Part shown: in pieces, positions 40,188 to 50,850 of the stretch
How positions within the stretch are numbered: position 1 is the stretch's first letter
Layout of the letters: every line of letters starts with the position of its first letter
Assembly: GCA_049322655.1 (NCBI GenBank)
Contig: JBMORP010000006.1
Location: 320,410 to 384,409 of the forward strand
DNA: 64,000 bases
DNA from: Patescibacteria group bacterium
GTDB lineage: Bacteria; Patescibacteriota; Microgenomatia; UBA1400; PJMF01
Direction of reading: 5' to 3'
Position numbers and translations under genes: made by a program
Notes under the pieces: generated by a model
The model's input: only the letters and a program-made list of their open reading frames with translations
The model's database searches: none
Told to the model about the DNA's origin: nothing

Positions 40188-41207
40188 ATGGGTTTCGGTA
40201 TAAAAACTAAAATCAGCAAACTAGTAAAAAATAAAATTAATTTTTATCATCTTTTTGGCCCAAGAATTATTAGAATTAATCCAATTGGTTACGCCTGTAC
40301 TAATGCTTGTCCAATGTGTTGGCGAGTCATGAACCAAATTAATAAAAAAGGTGGCCTAAAAAAAACAGAACTTCAATGGAAAAATTACAAAAAACTTTTG
40401 GAAAACATTCCTTTTACTGTTGAAACCATTGAAGTCGTAGGAGGTGGAGAACCATTATTGTTTCCCCAAATAGATAAACTTTTAAAACTAATTAAAAAGA
40501 AAAAAATAAATGCTTCTCTAATCACCAATGGAGTACTATTAACTCCAAAAATTAGCAAACTGCTTATCGATATCGGCTGGGACATGGTTAGAGTCTCAAT
40601 TAATGCTGGTAGTAAAGAAGTTTACCCCCTAGCTAATGGTTCATATTACTTTGATAAAATCGTTAACAACTTAGAACAACTAATTGCTCTCAGAAAAGAG
40701 AAAAACTCACCCAAAGTCGGGTTGCATTTTGTAATTCAAAAATCAAACTTTAAAGATATCGCTAACTTTATTAAGTTAGCAGAAAAATTAAATATTGATT
40801 TTATTAGTTTTGATAACCTGATTTATGATTCTCCAGAAAATTTAAAATTAACTAATCAAGAGAATCAAGCTTTAGCCAAGATTTTAATCTTAGCTAAAAA
40901 ACATACTAAAATTGAAAATAATATTGAGCAAGTTTTGAAAAAAATCAAACAAGGCAATACCAAAAGAAAAAAATCATATTTTGCAGACAAATATTGTCAA
41001 ATAGTTCAAGAAAATCTAGATATTAGTTCAGAAGGAGTGACTGTCCCTTGCTGTATGGCCTATGGAGAAAAAATCTCTAAGAATTTAAAAGAAAAAGATC
41101 TTAAAACTATCTGGCAAGAATTTTCCCAATTCAGAACAGAGCTGAGGAAAGGCCAATTCAAGGATTTTTGTTATAAAAAATGTAACTACCCACTAGAAAA
41201 AATCTAG
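40188..41207 (+). CDS. Radical SAM enzyme with Cys-rich C-terminal (SPASM/twitch-like) extension
   Basis: CxxxCxxC cluster CTNACPMCW at residues 37-45, plus C-terminal cysteines (YCQ…VPCCMAYGE…FCYKKCNYP). It lies 16 nt downstream of the crp-like gene. Confidence 0.7.
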   Translation: MGFGIKTKISKLVKNKINFYHLFGPRIIRINPIGYACTNACPMCWRVMNQINKKGGLKKTELQWKNYKKLLENIPFTVETIEVVGGGEPLLFPQIDKLLKLIKKKKINASLITNGVLLTPKISKLLIDIGWDMVRVSINAGSKEVYPLANGSYYFDKIVNNLEQLIALRKEKNSPKVGLHFVIQKSNFKDIANFIKLAEKLNIDFISFDNLIYDSPENLKLTNQENQALAKILILAKKHTKIENNIEQVLKKIKQGNTKRKKSYFADKYCQIVQENLDISSEGVTVPCCMAYGEKISKNLKEKDLKTIWQEFSQFRTELRKGQFKDFCYKKCNYPLEKI

Positions 41208-41518
41208 ACTTTGGGATTTAAAACTAGTTTTTCAAACTTACCAGAACGAACTAACAAAGCAATTACAGCATAAACTGCAATATCTTTCCAGTTATCATCC
41301 AAACTCTCGTTTTTGGGCTTTTTACCAGCTGTTAATAAGTTCTGCAGTCGTCTCAATTTGTCATTAGTTCTAAACAAAATTCCCAACTCACCAGTATCTA
41401 AAATATTGCCTTTACCATAATCCTTGTGCTTTTGAATAAAAGTTCGTAACAGCTCTTCACAAATCTCTTGAAATGCCTCATCAAGGTATTGTTTGCTAGA
41501 AGTTGATTTACTTGCCAT
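41204..41518 (-). CDS. Hypothetical protein
   Basis: 104 aa ORF overlapping the rSAM stop by 4 nt on the opposite strand; no motif. Confidence 0.3.
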   Translation of the reverse strand: MASKSTSSKQYLDEAFQEICEELLRTFIQKHKDYGKGNILDTGELGILFRTNDKLRRLQNLLTAGKKPKNESLDDNWKDIAVYAVIALLVRSGKFEKLVLNPKV

Positions 41519-41565
41519 GAAAGGACTCCCTTCAATTAATTTACGAGAACCCTCTTAGATTAACA

Positions 41566-41599
41566 CACCCCCTAGTCTTTTTGAAAGAACTAGGGGGTG
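41566..41599 (-). terminator. Strong hairpin (CACCCCCTAG-14 nt-CTAGGGGGTG) downstream of the small secreted-protein gene; putative terminator/stabiliser
   Basis: 10-bp perfect GC-rich stem 30 nt past the stop of 41630-41953; the U-tract is weak. Confidence 0.45.
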
Positions 41600-41629
41600 C
41601 TTTGATTAACAAATATAATTACTCAATAA

Positions 41630-41953
41630 TTATTTGCCCATACGAATACGAGCAACTGTAGCGGCGACACCAGTGACAACAGTGCCAACTGACATTGCAA
41701 TACCTTGAGCATCAAGCCCAGTATCAACTACTTCATGAGTGACTACACCATCACGTTTAACGATGGCACTAGCAGTAGCATCACTCTTAGCTTTACAGTT
41801 GGTATTTTGACCATACTGTCCAGTTGTTTCACAAACAACTTCTGCATTAGCGTTGGCTTCAACTTGCACTTCATCAGCGTAAGCTTTGGCAACAACACCA
41901 TTTAACATTACTGCAGCAACTGCTACAGCAACGAGTGATTTGACGATTTTCAT
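41630..41953 (-). CDS. Small secreted Ala/Val/Thr-rich protein with two Cys (unknown function)
   Basis: Signal peptide ending AKAYA-DE; 107 aa. Locally elevated GC (about 48%) suggests high expression or foreign origin. Confidence 0.5.
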   Translation of the reverse strand: MKIVKSLVAVAVAAVMLNGVVAKAYADEVQVEANANAEVVCETTGQYGQNTNCKAKSDATASAIVKRDGVVTHEVVDTGLDAQGIAMSVGTVVTGVAATVARIRMGK

Positions 41954-42165
41954 GCGTCTCCTTTTTTGAGTCCCATGTTCTGTTAAGCCTGATTTACCTT
42001 TTTAGAAGTAAATCAAAAGGGACACGATTCAACCCACTGTAGGGCTGCACACTGTTACTATTTTTTTTAGAATAATAAAAATATTTTACTATTCTGATAT
42101 ATTATGATAACTTAAGAACATCCTTTTGTCAATAGTTATAGGGACGTTATATCAGGAAACATTTT

Positions 42166-43401
42166 TTAGTAATTTACATGGAGATAATAAGTATCTTCAG
42201 AGTCATCTTTATGATCAACCTTAACATATCTGAGGTAGCCTCCGCCACACTTAATACTACCTCGATATAAGGTACCATCTCTAACTGCTTTCACCGTATA
42301 ATCACCAGAAGTTTTACTCAAGATGTCAATACCAGTATGAGGCGATCCACCATAAAATCTCTTGACTCTGGCATAATAAGTCATCCCATAACCCTGAGTA
42401 ATTAAAGCTGCATTATTAACTGGCCATTCCCAACTACCAGAAAAACCAAAGGGATCATCAGGATTATTATGCCAAATAATATCGGTAGATTTTAAATAGC
42501 CAGCAGGATTACGATGAGCCCCATCCTTGGCTACTTCAAAATGAAGGTGAGCTCCAGTAGAACAAGCAGATGGACCAGCAATAATCGAAGCAATTTTATC
42601 GCCTTGTTTCACATCTTTAACTTTGCTTTCATCACCACGGCCAGCAATAATCGACTGAATAGCTTCCAACTCAGCTAAAGTCTTGGCTAATTCTGATTGA
42701 TATTTAGCTTCATTATTTTTAGTCTCACTCAGTAGATATTGTTGATCTGCCTTTTGTGAACGAAGAGATTCTTGCAAATTCTCTAGAGAAATCTTTTTTA
42801 GTTCTAGCTCTGTTTGTTTGTCTTCCTTGAGTTGTTTTTGTTCATCATATTCAAGTCGTTGAGTTTCAGTTCTAGCCATCACCTCAGCAGTCTGTTTTTG
42901 TGCCAAAGATAAGTATCTCAAGTTGGCAATAACATCTGTCAAAGACTCTGAACCAAGTAACTGTAAACTAGGGCTAGTTCTACTTTGTTTATATTGAGCC
43001 TGAACTCGCTCAATCAAGACTGTTCCCAGTCTATCTAACGAATAACCCAAGCCCTTAATTCTTTCAGTTAACTCGGTAACCTGATTTTCCAGTTTAAATA
43101 TTTCTGATTTGGTTAGATCAACTTGAAGTTGCTGAAGAGAAATCTGTCCATTTAATAAATTAATGGTACTAGTCAAGGTAGTAGCTTGAGTTTGGGCATC
43201 GGCAATTTTTTGTTCCCAACAGACCTGTTTCTTTTTATTACATTCATAATAATCTGTCTCTGATTGAGTAGCCGAAGAACAAACAATACTGGCACAATCA
43301 TCTGCTTGAATAGTTTGAGCTTGGTCAAAAGAAACAAACCACAATCCACCCAACAAAATTGGTAGCAACCAGAGGAAAATGATCTTTTTAGATAATTTCA
43401 T
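42166..43401 (-). CDS. EnvC-like murein hydrolase activator/M23 peptidase (coiled-coil + LytM domain)
   Basis: Long coiled-coil N-half; C-terminal M23 with GAHLHFEV (HxH). It is immediately downstream of ftsEX. Confidence 0.75.
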   Translation of the reverse strand: MKLSKKIIFLWLLPILLGGLWFVSFDQAQTIQADDCASIVCSSATQSETDYYECNKKKQVCWEQKIADAQTQATTLTSTINLLNGQISLQQLQVDLTKSEIFKLENQVTELTERIKGLGYSLDRLGTVLIERVQAQYKQSRTSPSLQLLGSESLTDVIANLRYLSLAQKQTAEVMARTETQRLEYDEQKQLKEDKQTELELKKISLENLQESLRSQKADQQYLLSETKNNEAKYQSELAKTLAELEAIQSIIAGRGDESKVKDVKQGDKIASIIAGPSACSTGAHLHFEVAKDGAHRNPAGYLKSTDIIWHNNPDDPFGFSGSWEWPVNNAALITQGYGMTYYARVKRFYGGSPHTGIDILSKTSGDYTVKAVRDGTLYRGSIKCGGGYLRYVKVDHKDDSEDTYYLHVNY

Positions 43402-43413
43402 CCTTACCCCATT

Positions 43414-44286
43414 TTAACGTCTTTTCAACATTCGTCGAGCAGCCATCAAACTAGCCCCAGCTCCTAACATCACCGCCAACAAAGTACCAACTCCAAGCTG
43501 ATAAATAAAGAAATCAATTGATAAAGGGAAACTAACAATTACCCCCAAGAAACTCTGTAACCACGGAGTTGCATAGAGTAAAAATCCATACATTACTCCC
43601 CAGCCCAATAATGATCCCATCACCCCATAAAGAGCACCTTCCATCACAAAAGGGCCGCTCACATACCAATTCGTGGCCCCAATCACTTTCATTACTGCAA
43701 TTGCATGTCTTCTGGCAGAAATCTTCATACTCATCAGGGTGACAATCACCAAGAATGAGACTAAGCCCAAAGTCGAGGTTACCGCCAAACCAACAGCTCT
43801 AACAGCCGAAGTCCATTGCTGAATATTTTTAATAATATCTTCTTGGTAAACCACATCATCTACCCCTTTAAAACTAGCCAAATCTTCTTGAATCAAAGCT
43901 AAAGAAGTAGCATCCTTACCAGAGACTTCGATACTAGCCGGCAAAATATCTGCTGTCACCAACTCCAGTAAGAGAGGATTATCTTTGTGATCTTGTTTAT
44001 AAAACTCTAAAGCTTGCTCTTTGGACACAATCTTGACTTCTGCTACATAGCTTTTGCTCTTCATTTCTTCAGCAATTCGATCAACTTCGGTGGAAGCAGT
44101 GCCGACCTCAAAGAAAGCAATTACTTGAGGTCTAGTCTCAAAAAACTTCAGCACTGTATCAGTACCCAAAATAAATAAAGAAAAAACATAACCAACAAAA
44201 AAAGTGACTGTAATCACTAATAAAGCTAAAGTACTCTGGTAAGGAGATCGTCTAATCGCCACTAATGCATCTTGAAGTTTTTTCAT
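43414..44286 (-). CDS. ftsX: Cell-division ABC transporter permease FtsX
   Basis: 4-TM topology with a large first extracytoplasmic loop; it overlaps the ftsE stop (ATGA). Confidence 0.8.
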   Translation of the reverse strand: MKKLQDALVAIRRSPYQSTLALLVITVTFFVGYVFSLFILGTDTVLKFFETRPQVIAFFEVGTASTEVDRIAEEMKSKSYVAEVKIVSKEQALEFYKQDHKDNPLLLELVTADILPASIEVSGKDATSLALIQEDLASFKGVDDVVYQEDIIKNIQQWTSAVRAVGLAVTSTLGLVSFLVIVTLMSMKISARRHAIAVMKVIGATNWYVSGPFVMEGALYGVMGSLLGWGVMYGFLLYATPWLQSFLGVIVSFPLSIDFFIYQLGVGTLLAVMLGAGASLMAARRMLKRR

Positions 44287-45224
44287 GACTTTTTTTCTTC
44301 CTTATCTGCTTTACTGGTTTTCTTGAAAAAAGGTAAGGAAAAACCAAATTTTTTAGGTTTGTTTTCGTCGGCTGGCTTTTTTGTTTGATCAGGCTGTTTA
44401 ATAAAATCCTCAATTAGATCTTGATCTTCAGTGTGTTCAGGCTTGCGCTTATCTTTATTAACCGGCTGTTTGTTTTCCTTCTTATCGATTTTTTGAGGTG
44501 ATGGTTTTGCTGGAGTTTTTTCTGCTAATTTGGGCGAGTCTTTTTGAGCAACCTGCTTGGGAGCAGAATCACTTTTTAAGACTCCTTTGTCCAGTTTAAT
44601 AATTCTTTCTTTAGCCAGGTCATCAAGAACAACTACATCATGAGTAGCCAAAATAATCGTGGTACCTAATTTATTGATTTGCTTAAGCAACTTGATAATG
44701 GCTAAACTTGATTCTCTGTCCAAATTTCCGGTTGGCTCATCAGCAAAAATCAAACTTGGGCCAGTGGCCAAAGCCCGAGCTATACTCACTCTTTGAGCTT
44801 CACCTCCAGATAATTGCTTGGGAAACATCAAAGCTTTTTCAGTCAAAGACACCAAATTTAACAGATCAGTCACTCTGGATTCAATTTCAGCTGTTGGCTT
44901 CCCAATAATCGATAATGGTAAAGCAATGTTTTCCCAAACATTCAACTCTGGTAGTAAACGGTAATCTTGAAAAACTACGCCGATTTTCCTTCTATGAGCA
45001 GGTAATTGGGAAGCGGGCAAGTTATTAATCACTGCATCTTTATAAATAACTTCACCCTCACTAGGAACTAAATCTTTAATCAATAGATTCATCAAGGTAG
45101 TCTTACCACTGCCAGATGGACCAGCAACAATCACAAAATCACCAGAATCAAGATGAAATGAAACATCTTTAAGGGCAACATCCCCATTGCCAAATTTTTT
45201 GGTTACGGACACAAAACTAAGCAT
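44283..45224 (-). CDS. ftsE: Cell-division ABC ATPase FtsE with a roughly 90-aa Lys/Pro-rich C-terminal extension
   Basis: Walker A GPSGSGKTT, signature LSGGEAQR and Walker B IFADEPTGNLD, followed by a KPSPQKIDKKENK… tail. Confidence 0.9.
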   Translation of the reverse strand: MLSFVSVTKKFGNGDVALKDVSFHLDSGDFVIVAGPSGSGKTTLMNLLIKDLVPSEGEVIYKDAVINNLPASQLPAHRRKIGVVFQDYRLLPELNVWENIALPLSIIGKPTAEIESRVTDLLNLVSLTEKALMFPKQLSGGEAQRVSIARALATGPSLIFADEPTGNLDRESSLAIIKLLKQINKLGTTIILATHDVVVLDDLAKERIIKLDKGVLKSDSAPKQVAQKDSPKLAEKTPAKPSPQKIDKKENKQPVNKDKRKPEHTEDQDLIEDFIKQPDQTKKPADENKPKKFGFSLPFFKKTSKADKEEKKS

Positions 45225-45286
45225 ATTTGTAAATCTATAATAACAAACTCAGTACCGAGAAAACTAGTGTAAAAAAAAGTAATTTC

Positions 45287-45886
45287 TTACTCTTCAACTG
45301 GAGGCTCGGCCTTGACCTCAACTACCTGGATTCGGCCAACATCCATTAACCAGCCAGCTTTTTGCCCTTTAAAAGTTTCTCCCCAAACCTTAACTTGCAT
45401 GCCCACCAATTTATCCAAATCAGTAATTGAAGAAGTCAAGTAAACTGTTTGGCTTTCACCACCCTCTCTCAAAAGTCGATGTGAACCTTCACCATCAACG
45501 CCTCCTTCAGCCAGATAACCTTCAGCACTATCTTTAAAAGTTTGATCATCCTTGATGCCAAAAACATCGCCTGCTTTGACTACATCACCAGCCACTTGTT
45601 GATCAGCCTGAGGGGATTCAGTGGCACTTGTCTTCATTTTAAGTTTAAAAGCGCCAAAACCGGTCCCAAAACCAGCAGCAAGAGCGACAAAAACTACTAC
45701 AGCTAACATCTTTTTTTGTTGAGATTGCATATCTTTTTTTTCTTTTTCTGTTGTTAAATTTAAAGTCTTAATGCCAATAGAAGACAAGTCATGATTGTGC
45801 CTCACATCCCGAGCTTCGTCAAGGGTAGTGGTTGCAGGTGAACCATCCAAATTTTCTGTTCTTATTTTGGGCTTAGTCTCTGACAT
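45287..45886 (-). CDS. Hypothetical membrane-anchored protein
   Basis: 199 aa with a central TM and no motif. Confidence 0.4.
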   Translation of the reverse strand: MSETKPKIRTENLDGSPATTTLDEARDVRHNHDLSSIGIKTLNLTTEKEKKDMQSQQKKMLAVVVFVALAAGFGTGFGAFKLKMKTSATESPQADQQVAGDVVKAGDVFGIKDDQTFKDSAEGYLAEGGVDGEGSHRLLREGGESQTVYLTSSITDLDKLVGMQVKVWGETFKGQKAGWLMDVGRIQVVEVKAEPPVEE

Positions 45887-45916
45887 ATACCAATTATCAT
45901 ACCCTATTTCAAACTG

Positions 45917-46999
45917 CTATGTGAGTTTTATTTCTTCAAAAATAAATCGATCCAAATCACCAGCTAAAACCCCAACCGTATCAGAAGTCTCAACGGCTGT
46001 TCTGGTATCTTTAACTAACTGATAAGGATGTAAAACATAATTTCTAATTTGAGTACCCCAGCTAGCATGTTGATGCTCGCCTTTTTGTTTGCTCAACTCC
46101 GCCAACTGTTTTTCTTCCTCAAGAATAGCTAATTTTGATTTCAACATTTTTAAGGCTTTTTCTCTGTTTTGCACCTGACTTCTTTCTTCTCTACATCTAA
46201 CCACAATTCCAGTGGGTAAATGCCTCAATTCCACCGCGCTATTAACTTTATTAACACTTTGACCACCAGCCCCACCAGCCCGCATAAATGACCACTCTAA
46301 ATCTGTATCTTTAAGCTCTATGTCACTATCATCATCTAAAAGTGGCGCTACCTCAACTAAAGCAAACGAAGTTTGTCTTAAGTTGTCTGCATTAAAAGGA
46401 CTCAATCTAACCAACCGATGAGTTCCTTGCTCTTTTTTTAAAAAACCGTAAGCATTATTAACTCTAACCTCAAAAATCATTTCTTTAATCCCAGCATCTT
46501 CACCTCTAACCTCAGAAATTAATGAATACTTCCACCCTTTTCTTTCAAAATATCTGGCATACATCCTAGCTACCATTTCTGCCCAATCCATAGCTTCAGT
46601 CCCTCCCTGCCCTGGATGAACAGAAAGAATCGCAGCCTCAACATCATATTTGCCAGTTAAATAGGTCTCAAGCTCAAGCTCTTTAAAAAGTTTAACTAAT
46701 TGCCAATATTTAGTTGTTGTTTCTTGGGCAAAGGCTTGTTGCTCTTGGGTCTCCAAATCCAAAAAAGCTTGAATATCACCAACCAAAGTGGCTAGTTGTT
46801 GGTAACTATCTAATTGAGCTTGCAAACCAGATACTCGTTGCATTTTTTGTTGAGCATCACCCCGCTCCCAAAATCCCGGTTCACCAGATTCAGTTTGCAA
46901 GGCTTTTAATTCTGCTTGTTTGGTGGGTTGATCGATTTCTGTTAGAAACTGTTTCACCTGCTCAACCAAGTTTGTTAATTCCTCAAAAGTAAGTTCCAT
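45917..46999 (-). CDS. prfB: Peptide chain release factor 2 (no programmed +1 frameshift)
   Basis: SPF tripeptide (RLSPFN) and GGQ (GGAGGQSVN); continuous 360-aa ORF from the ATG at 46997-46999. Confidence 0.9.
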   Translation of the reverse strand: MELTFEELTNLVEQVKQFLTEIDQPTKQAELKALQTESGEPGFWERGDAQQKMQRVSGLQAQLDSYQQLATLVGDIQAFLDLETQEQQAFAQETTTKYWQLVKLFKELELETYLTGKYDVEAAILSVHPGQGGTEAMDWAEMVARMYARYFERKGWKYSLISEVRGEDAGIKEMIFEVRVNNAYGFLKKEQGTHRLVRLSPFNADNLRQTSFALVEVAPLLDDDSDIELKDTDLEWSFMRAGGAGGQSVNKVNSAVELRHLPTGIVVRCREERSQVQNREKALKMLKSKLAILEEEKQLAELSKQKGEHQHASWGTQIRNYVLHPYQLVKDTRTAVETSDTVGVLAGDLDRFIFEEIKLT

Positions 47000-47004
47000 A
47001 ACTT

Positions 47005-48633
47005 TTATTCTAACTCCTCTGTCCAGACAAAACTGTCATTAACAATATTTTGATAAATTAAACCAGACTGTTTTTGGATAAAAACTTGATCAACTGCTGT
47101 GGCCATAACGAAATCAGTCACTACTTCAACTTGGTTATTTTCTGGCACAGTCACCAAAAATCCATACTGATAATAAACTTGGCCATTAGCTATTACTAAC
47201 TCTGTTTTATCCCAATCTGTTAAAACCTGCTCTCCGACTTTAACACTAACCAATTCCAGATTAGTAGAAGTAATTAGGCGGTAGTAATTAATATAACCCA
47301 AATGAGAAGCTGTTTTATAAAATTCATTATTAGTAGGTAAAACAGGACGATCAGTTACTGTTGCTTGGTTATTAAAATTAACTTGTAAGCGTAATAATTG
47401 GTTATTTTTACTAAGATCAAGAGTTCTCGTCACCCAACGGTTGGCTTTATTTACCCCCACATTAGATTCGACTGGGAAAATAAAAACCTCTTCCTGGTTA
47501 TAGGCATATAAATTTCCAGCTACTTTTAGTTTGACAAAATTGTTTTCTACCAAATCATCTACAGCAAAAAACTGAATTTCTCGCCAAAAAGCTCCTTTTA
47601 AAAACGCCTTTAAGAAAATAATTAATTCTTGGTTTGATAAAGAATTAATTTTCAAAAACAAAGCTGTTTGCAACGCCGACAAGTTATTTTCTTTTTGATT
47701 ACTACCAGGGAAAAACTCAGTTCGATCAGCTCGAAGTAACTCAGCCAACTCATCGGCACTAATCACTGTTTTTTTATCTGGCAGATAGATCTCGCCCAGC
47801 AAAGCAATGGTTTTTTCTAACGTAGCAAAGTTCAAAGCAATTACCCCATCATAATATTGAGGATCACCTTCAATATTGGCAAAAAACCAAAGAATATCTT
47901 TGGCCGTTGTCGAAAAATCAGCTGACCAATTAGCATCATGAAGTGGTAAACCTTTGCCCTCACTAAGGTAAAAATCATAACCTGGTGGTGACTGTTTGGT
48001 TGGACTTAAGCCACTCGGATCATAAATATCACGGATCACAAAACGCAAAAAATCTGGTTTGGCAAAATTTAAGACAGCATAAGAACCCATAAAACCACCA
48101 GTAGCTCTAAGTTCAGTAGAATTTTGAAAAATTAATAAATATTTTTTTCCAGCTTCTTTCTCTTGGTTGATTACTCTTAATAAACCAACTAACTCTTTGA
48201 GTTCAGCTGGTTCATAGCCATTTTTAGTAAAAACTTGGTTGATTAACCAAGATTTTTCTCCCTGAGCTAACATTTCCTCACTATGAATTAAAAAATTAGC
48301 TAAGTGATAATTAGTCATTAACCAAGTTAAAGGATCGGTTTGGTTTTTAGCCTCAGCAATCAAGCTGACTGTTTCCTGACCTAAAAGAATATTCTCTCGC
48401 CAAAATTCAAGAAGTGGGAGTTTTTTCAAACTCAAAACTGAAAACAACCCTGTCACAGGCCTAACCACGGCAAAAGAAAAACTTGCTAAACCAAGGTTGG
48501 CTTTGATAATAGACAACCAAGCCACCAGAGTAAAAACTATACTTAGTAACCAAATAATGACTAACCTAATCGCAACCTTCTTTAACCATTTAAATTCCAA
48601 AATCGACTTTACTGAAAAATAAGAATTAATCAT
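47005..48633 (-). CDS. DUF4012-like membrane-anchored extracytoplasmic protein
   Basis: N-terminal TM and the [11 protein letters not shown] motif seen in DUF4012-family proteins of cell-wall loci; family recalled from memory. Confidence 0.45.
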   Translation of the reverse strand: MINSYFSVKSILEFKWLKKVAIRLVIIWLLSIVFTLVAWLSIIKANLGLASFSFAVVRPVTGLFSVLSLKKLPLLEFWRENILLGQETVSLIAEAKNQTDPLTWLMTNYHLANFLIHSEEMLAQGEKSWLINQVFTKNGYEPAELKELVGLLRVINQEKEAGKKYLLIFQNSTELRATGGFMGSYAVLNFAKPDFLRFVIRDIYDPSGLSPTKQSPPGYDFYLSEGKGLPLHDANWSADFSTTAKDILWFFANIEGDPQYYDGVIALNFATLEKTIALLGEIYLPDKKTVISADELAELLRADRTEFFPGSNQKENNLSALQTALFLKINSLSNQELIIFLKAFLKGAFWREIQFFAVDDLVENNFVKLKVAGNLYAYNQEEVFIFPVESNVGVNKANRWVTRTLDLSKNNQLLRLQVNFNNQATVTDRPVLPTNNEFYKTASHLGYINYYRLITSTNLELVSVKVGEQVLTDWDKTELVIANGQVYYQYGFLVTVPENNQVEVVTDFVMATAVDQVFIQKQSGLIYQNIVNDSFVWTEELE

Positions 48634-48641
48634 CTATATCT

Positions 48642-48649
48642 TGTATAAT
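48642..48649 (+). promoter_or_regulatory. Extended -10 element TGTATAAT upstream of the alpha/beta-hydrolase operon
   Basis: Perfect TGnTATAAT 27 nt upstream of the ATG at 48677; the ORF-track start at 48641 is a TTG inside this element. Confidence 0.4.
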
Positions 48650-48676
48650 AACGCAAGTAAGAATAAAAAATCTTGT

Positions 48677-49393
48677 ATGAATCCTCAATCAACCAAAGTT
48701 GTTTTGCTTCATGGCTGGACTCCAGATACCGCAGTGATCGAACGCTGGCAACCTTTGAAAAAATTATTTGAAAAAAACAATTACCAAGTTTATCTATGGA
48801 AAATCCCAGGACTAACCACCAATCCAAATAAAACTTTTACTCTCGAAGAATATCAAGTTTGGTTGAAAACAAAAATCAAACCATTAAAAAAAGTGGTTTT
48901 AGTTGGTCATTCCTTTGGAGGGCAATTAGCTACTATTTTTACTGAACAAAATCCAGAATTAGTGGAAAAACTAATTTTAATCAATAGTGCTGGCATTAGA
49001 GACTTCACTTGGCAAAAAATCTTGAAAAGAAATATGCTTAAGTTTTTAGCCAAAATTGGTTTTATTTTCAAAAAAATAAATTTTTTTAGAAAAATTATTT
49101 ATAAATTAATTAGAGAAAAAGATTATTTGGAGGCTAACCACTTTCAAAGAGTAACTATCAACAATGCTCTCAGTTTTTCCGTTAAACCACTCTTAACTAA
49201 CATCAAAACTCCCACTTTAATTTTATGGGGGGAAAATGACCAAACTACCCCTCTTTATTTAGGTAAAGTTTTTAAAAACAATCTTCCCCACAATGACTTT
49301 ATTGAGCTACCAACTAGACATTCACCTGTTTATACTCACCCCCAACTAGTTTTCAATCATATTAATCAATTTATTAAAGAAAAAAAACTATGA
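48677..49393 (+). CDS. Alpha/beta-fold hydrolase
   Basis: Nucleophile elbow VVLVGHSFGGQLA (GxSxG) and an HGW oxyanion region near the N-terminus. Confidence 0.7.
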   Translation: MNPQSTKVVLLHGWTPDTAVIERWQPLKKLFEKNNYQVYLWKIPGLTTNPNKTFTLEEYQVWLKTKIKPLKKVVLVGHSFGGQLATIFTEQNPELVEKLILINSAGIRDFTWQKILKRNMLKFLAKIGFIFKKINFFRKIIYKLIREKDYLEANHFQRVTINNALSFSVKPLLTNIKTPTLILWGENDQTTPLYLGKVFKNNLPHNDFIELPTRHSPVYTHPQLVFNHINQFIKEKKL

Positions 49394-50850
49394 CCATTGT
49401 GGTGATTCTTTGTATTATCAGTACCTTGCCTTTTACCTTGGTGAGGTTATTAAGATGGTTAGCTTGGTCACAACAAAAAGAATACCGTTCAGATCGAGTC
49501 TGGAGTTTTTTACTTTCTCCAGAGGGTAGCAGTGAATTACTTAGGCTTATTCCTCAAAAAAAAGATTTTTCTAGAACAGGTTTAAAAAGACCAGTCATTA
49601 CTATTAGATCGATACTGGTATTTTTTATTAGTTTAGTGTTACTAGGCTTTATTTTTGCCACTAGTCTTAACCTTGGTTGGTGGTGGCTACCTTTTTTAAT
49701 TTATATTTTTATCCCGTTGTTACCAGTTATTAGTAGTTTCGTCACCGAAATAATTAAATTATTGATTAGCTTGGTGTTACTATTCATCGCTCAAAAAAAA
49801 GTAAATAAACATCAACCCAAAATAGTTGGTGTAACCGGTAGTTATGGCAAAACTGCCACCCGCCATTTAGCAACTAGTGTCTTAGCTCAGCAATATACTG
49901 TTTACACACCACCAAAATCTCACAATACACCTTTAAGTATTGCTTTAGATTTGATTAAAAATTACCAAAACCAAGATATTTTGTTTCTTGAATTTGCTGC
50001 TTATAAACAAGGAGAAATCAAGAAACTAGCTCATTGGTTTAAACCAGATATTACCATTATTACTGGTCTAACTGCTCAACACTTAGCTTTATTTGGTAGT
50101 TTGGAAAACATTGTTAGGGCTAAGGGAGAACTAGTCAAAGCAACCAAAATAGACGGTAAAGTCTTATATAACCAAATGGATCCTGGAACAGAAAAAATCT
50201 GTGCCGAAGATCAAAGTAAACAACATCAGCCTTACTCTCCTCAACTCCAACAAACACTGTTGAGTCAAGAAAAACTAGATCATAAAGCTCGACTGAGTGT
50301 CTATTGGGGAGAAGATAAGCTTAATACTAATCTAATTGGCCTTCATCATACAGAAACAATTGCTGCAGCAATTAGTTTGGGTTTAATATTAAATATTCCC
50401 AAACAAAAAATCATTACAGGGATTAAATCATTCGTACCAGAGAATGTCTTTACTCAAGCTTATTTTCACCCTACTACCCAAACCCTCATTATTAATGATG
50501 GCAAAACCACTAACCCCAAGGGTTTTCGCTCTGCGCTAGCTATCTTGAATCACTTTAAAAAACAGGGGAAAAATACAATTTTAATTACCGGCGGAGTGGT
50601 AGATTTGGGTGATGAAACAGAATCAATTCACTTGGATTTGGCGAGAACTGCCAAACCAATTGTTGATTTAGTCTTTTATACAGGCTCTGACGGTAAAGCA
50701 GCTTTCAAAGAAGTATTTGAACAAAGAATGACTGACCACTTACCCACTTTAGTGTCCTTAATTCCAAAATTTAATCAAGATGATGTCATTTTAATCGAGG
50801 GCCATATTCCTTTGGAATTAACTAAATTACTGAAAAGAAAAAATGATTAA
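49390..50850 (+). CDS. Mur-ligase-family protein (MurF-like central and C-terminal domains) whose N-terminal substrate-binding domain is replaced by a roughly 130-aa 4-TM anchor
   Basis: P-loop KIVGVTGSYGKTATRHLA right after the hydrophobic helices; C-terminal Mur ligase domain (…INDGKTTNPKGF…). It overlaps neighbouring genes, which indicates an operon. Confidence 0.65.
   Translation: MTIVVILCIISTLPFTLVRLLRWLAWSQQKEYRSDRVWSFLLSPEGSSELLRLIPQKKDFSRTGLKRPVITIRSILVFFISLVLLGFIFATSLNLGWWWLPFLIYIFIPLLPVISSFVTEIIKLLISLVLLFIAQKKVNKHQPKIVGVTGSYGKTATRHLATSVLAQQYTVYTPPKSHNTPLSIALDLIKNYQNQDILFLEFAAYKQGEIKKLAHWFKPDITIITGLTAQHLALFGSLENIVRAKGELVKATKIDGKVLYNQMDPGTEKICAEDQSKQHQPYSPQLQQTLLSQEKLDHKARLSVYWGEDKLNTNLIGLHHTETIAAAISLGLILNIPKQKIITGIKSFVPENVFTQAYFHPTTQTLIINDGKTTNPKGFRSALAILNHFKKQGKNTILITGGVVDLGDETESIHLDLARTAKPIVDLVFYTGSDGKAAFKEVFEQRMTDHLPTLVSLIPKFNQDDVILIEGHIPLELTKLLKRKND

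Noticed and set aside
45917-46999. Checked prfB for the programmed +1 frameshift, and the window for UGA recoding
   Set aside because: RF2 is encoded in one continuous frame from a normal ATG. Long genes throughout the window terminate at TGA as well as TAA/TAG, so the standard code (table 11) applies and there is no sign of UGA reassignment.
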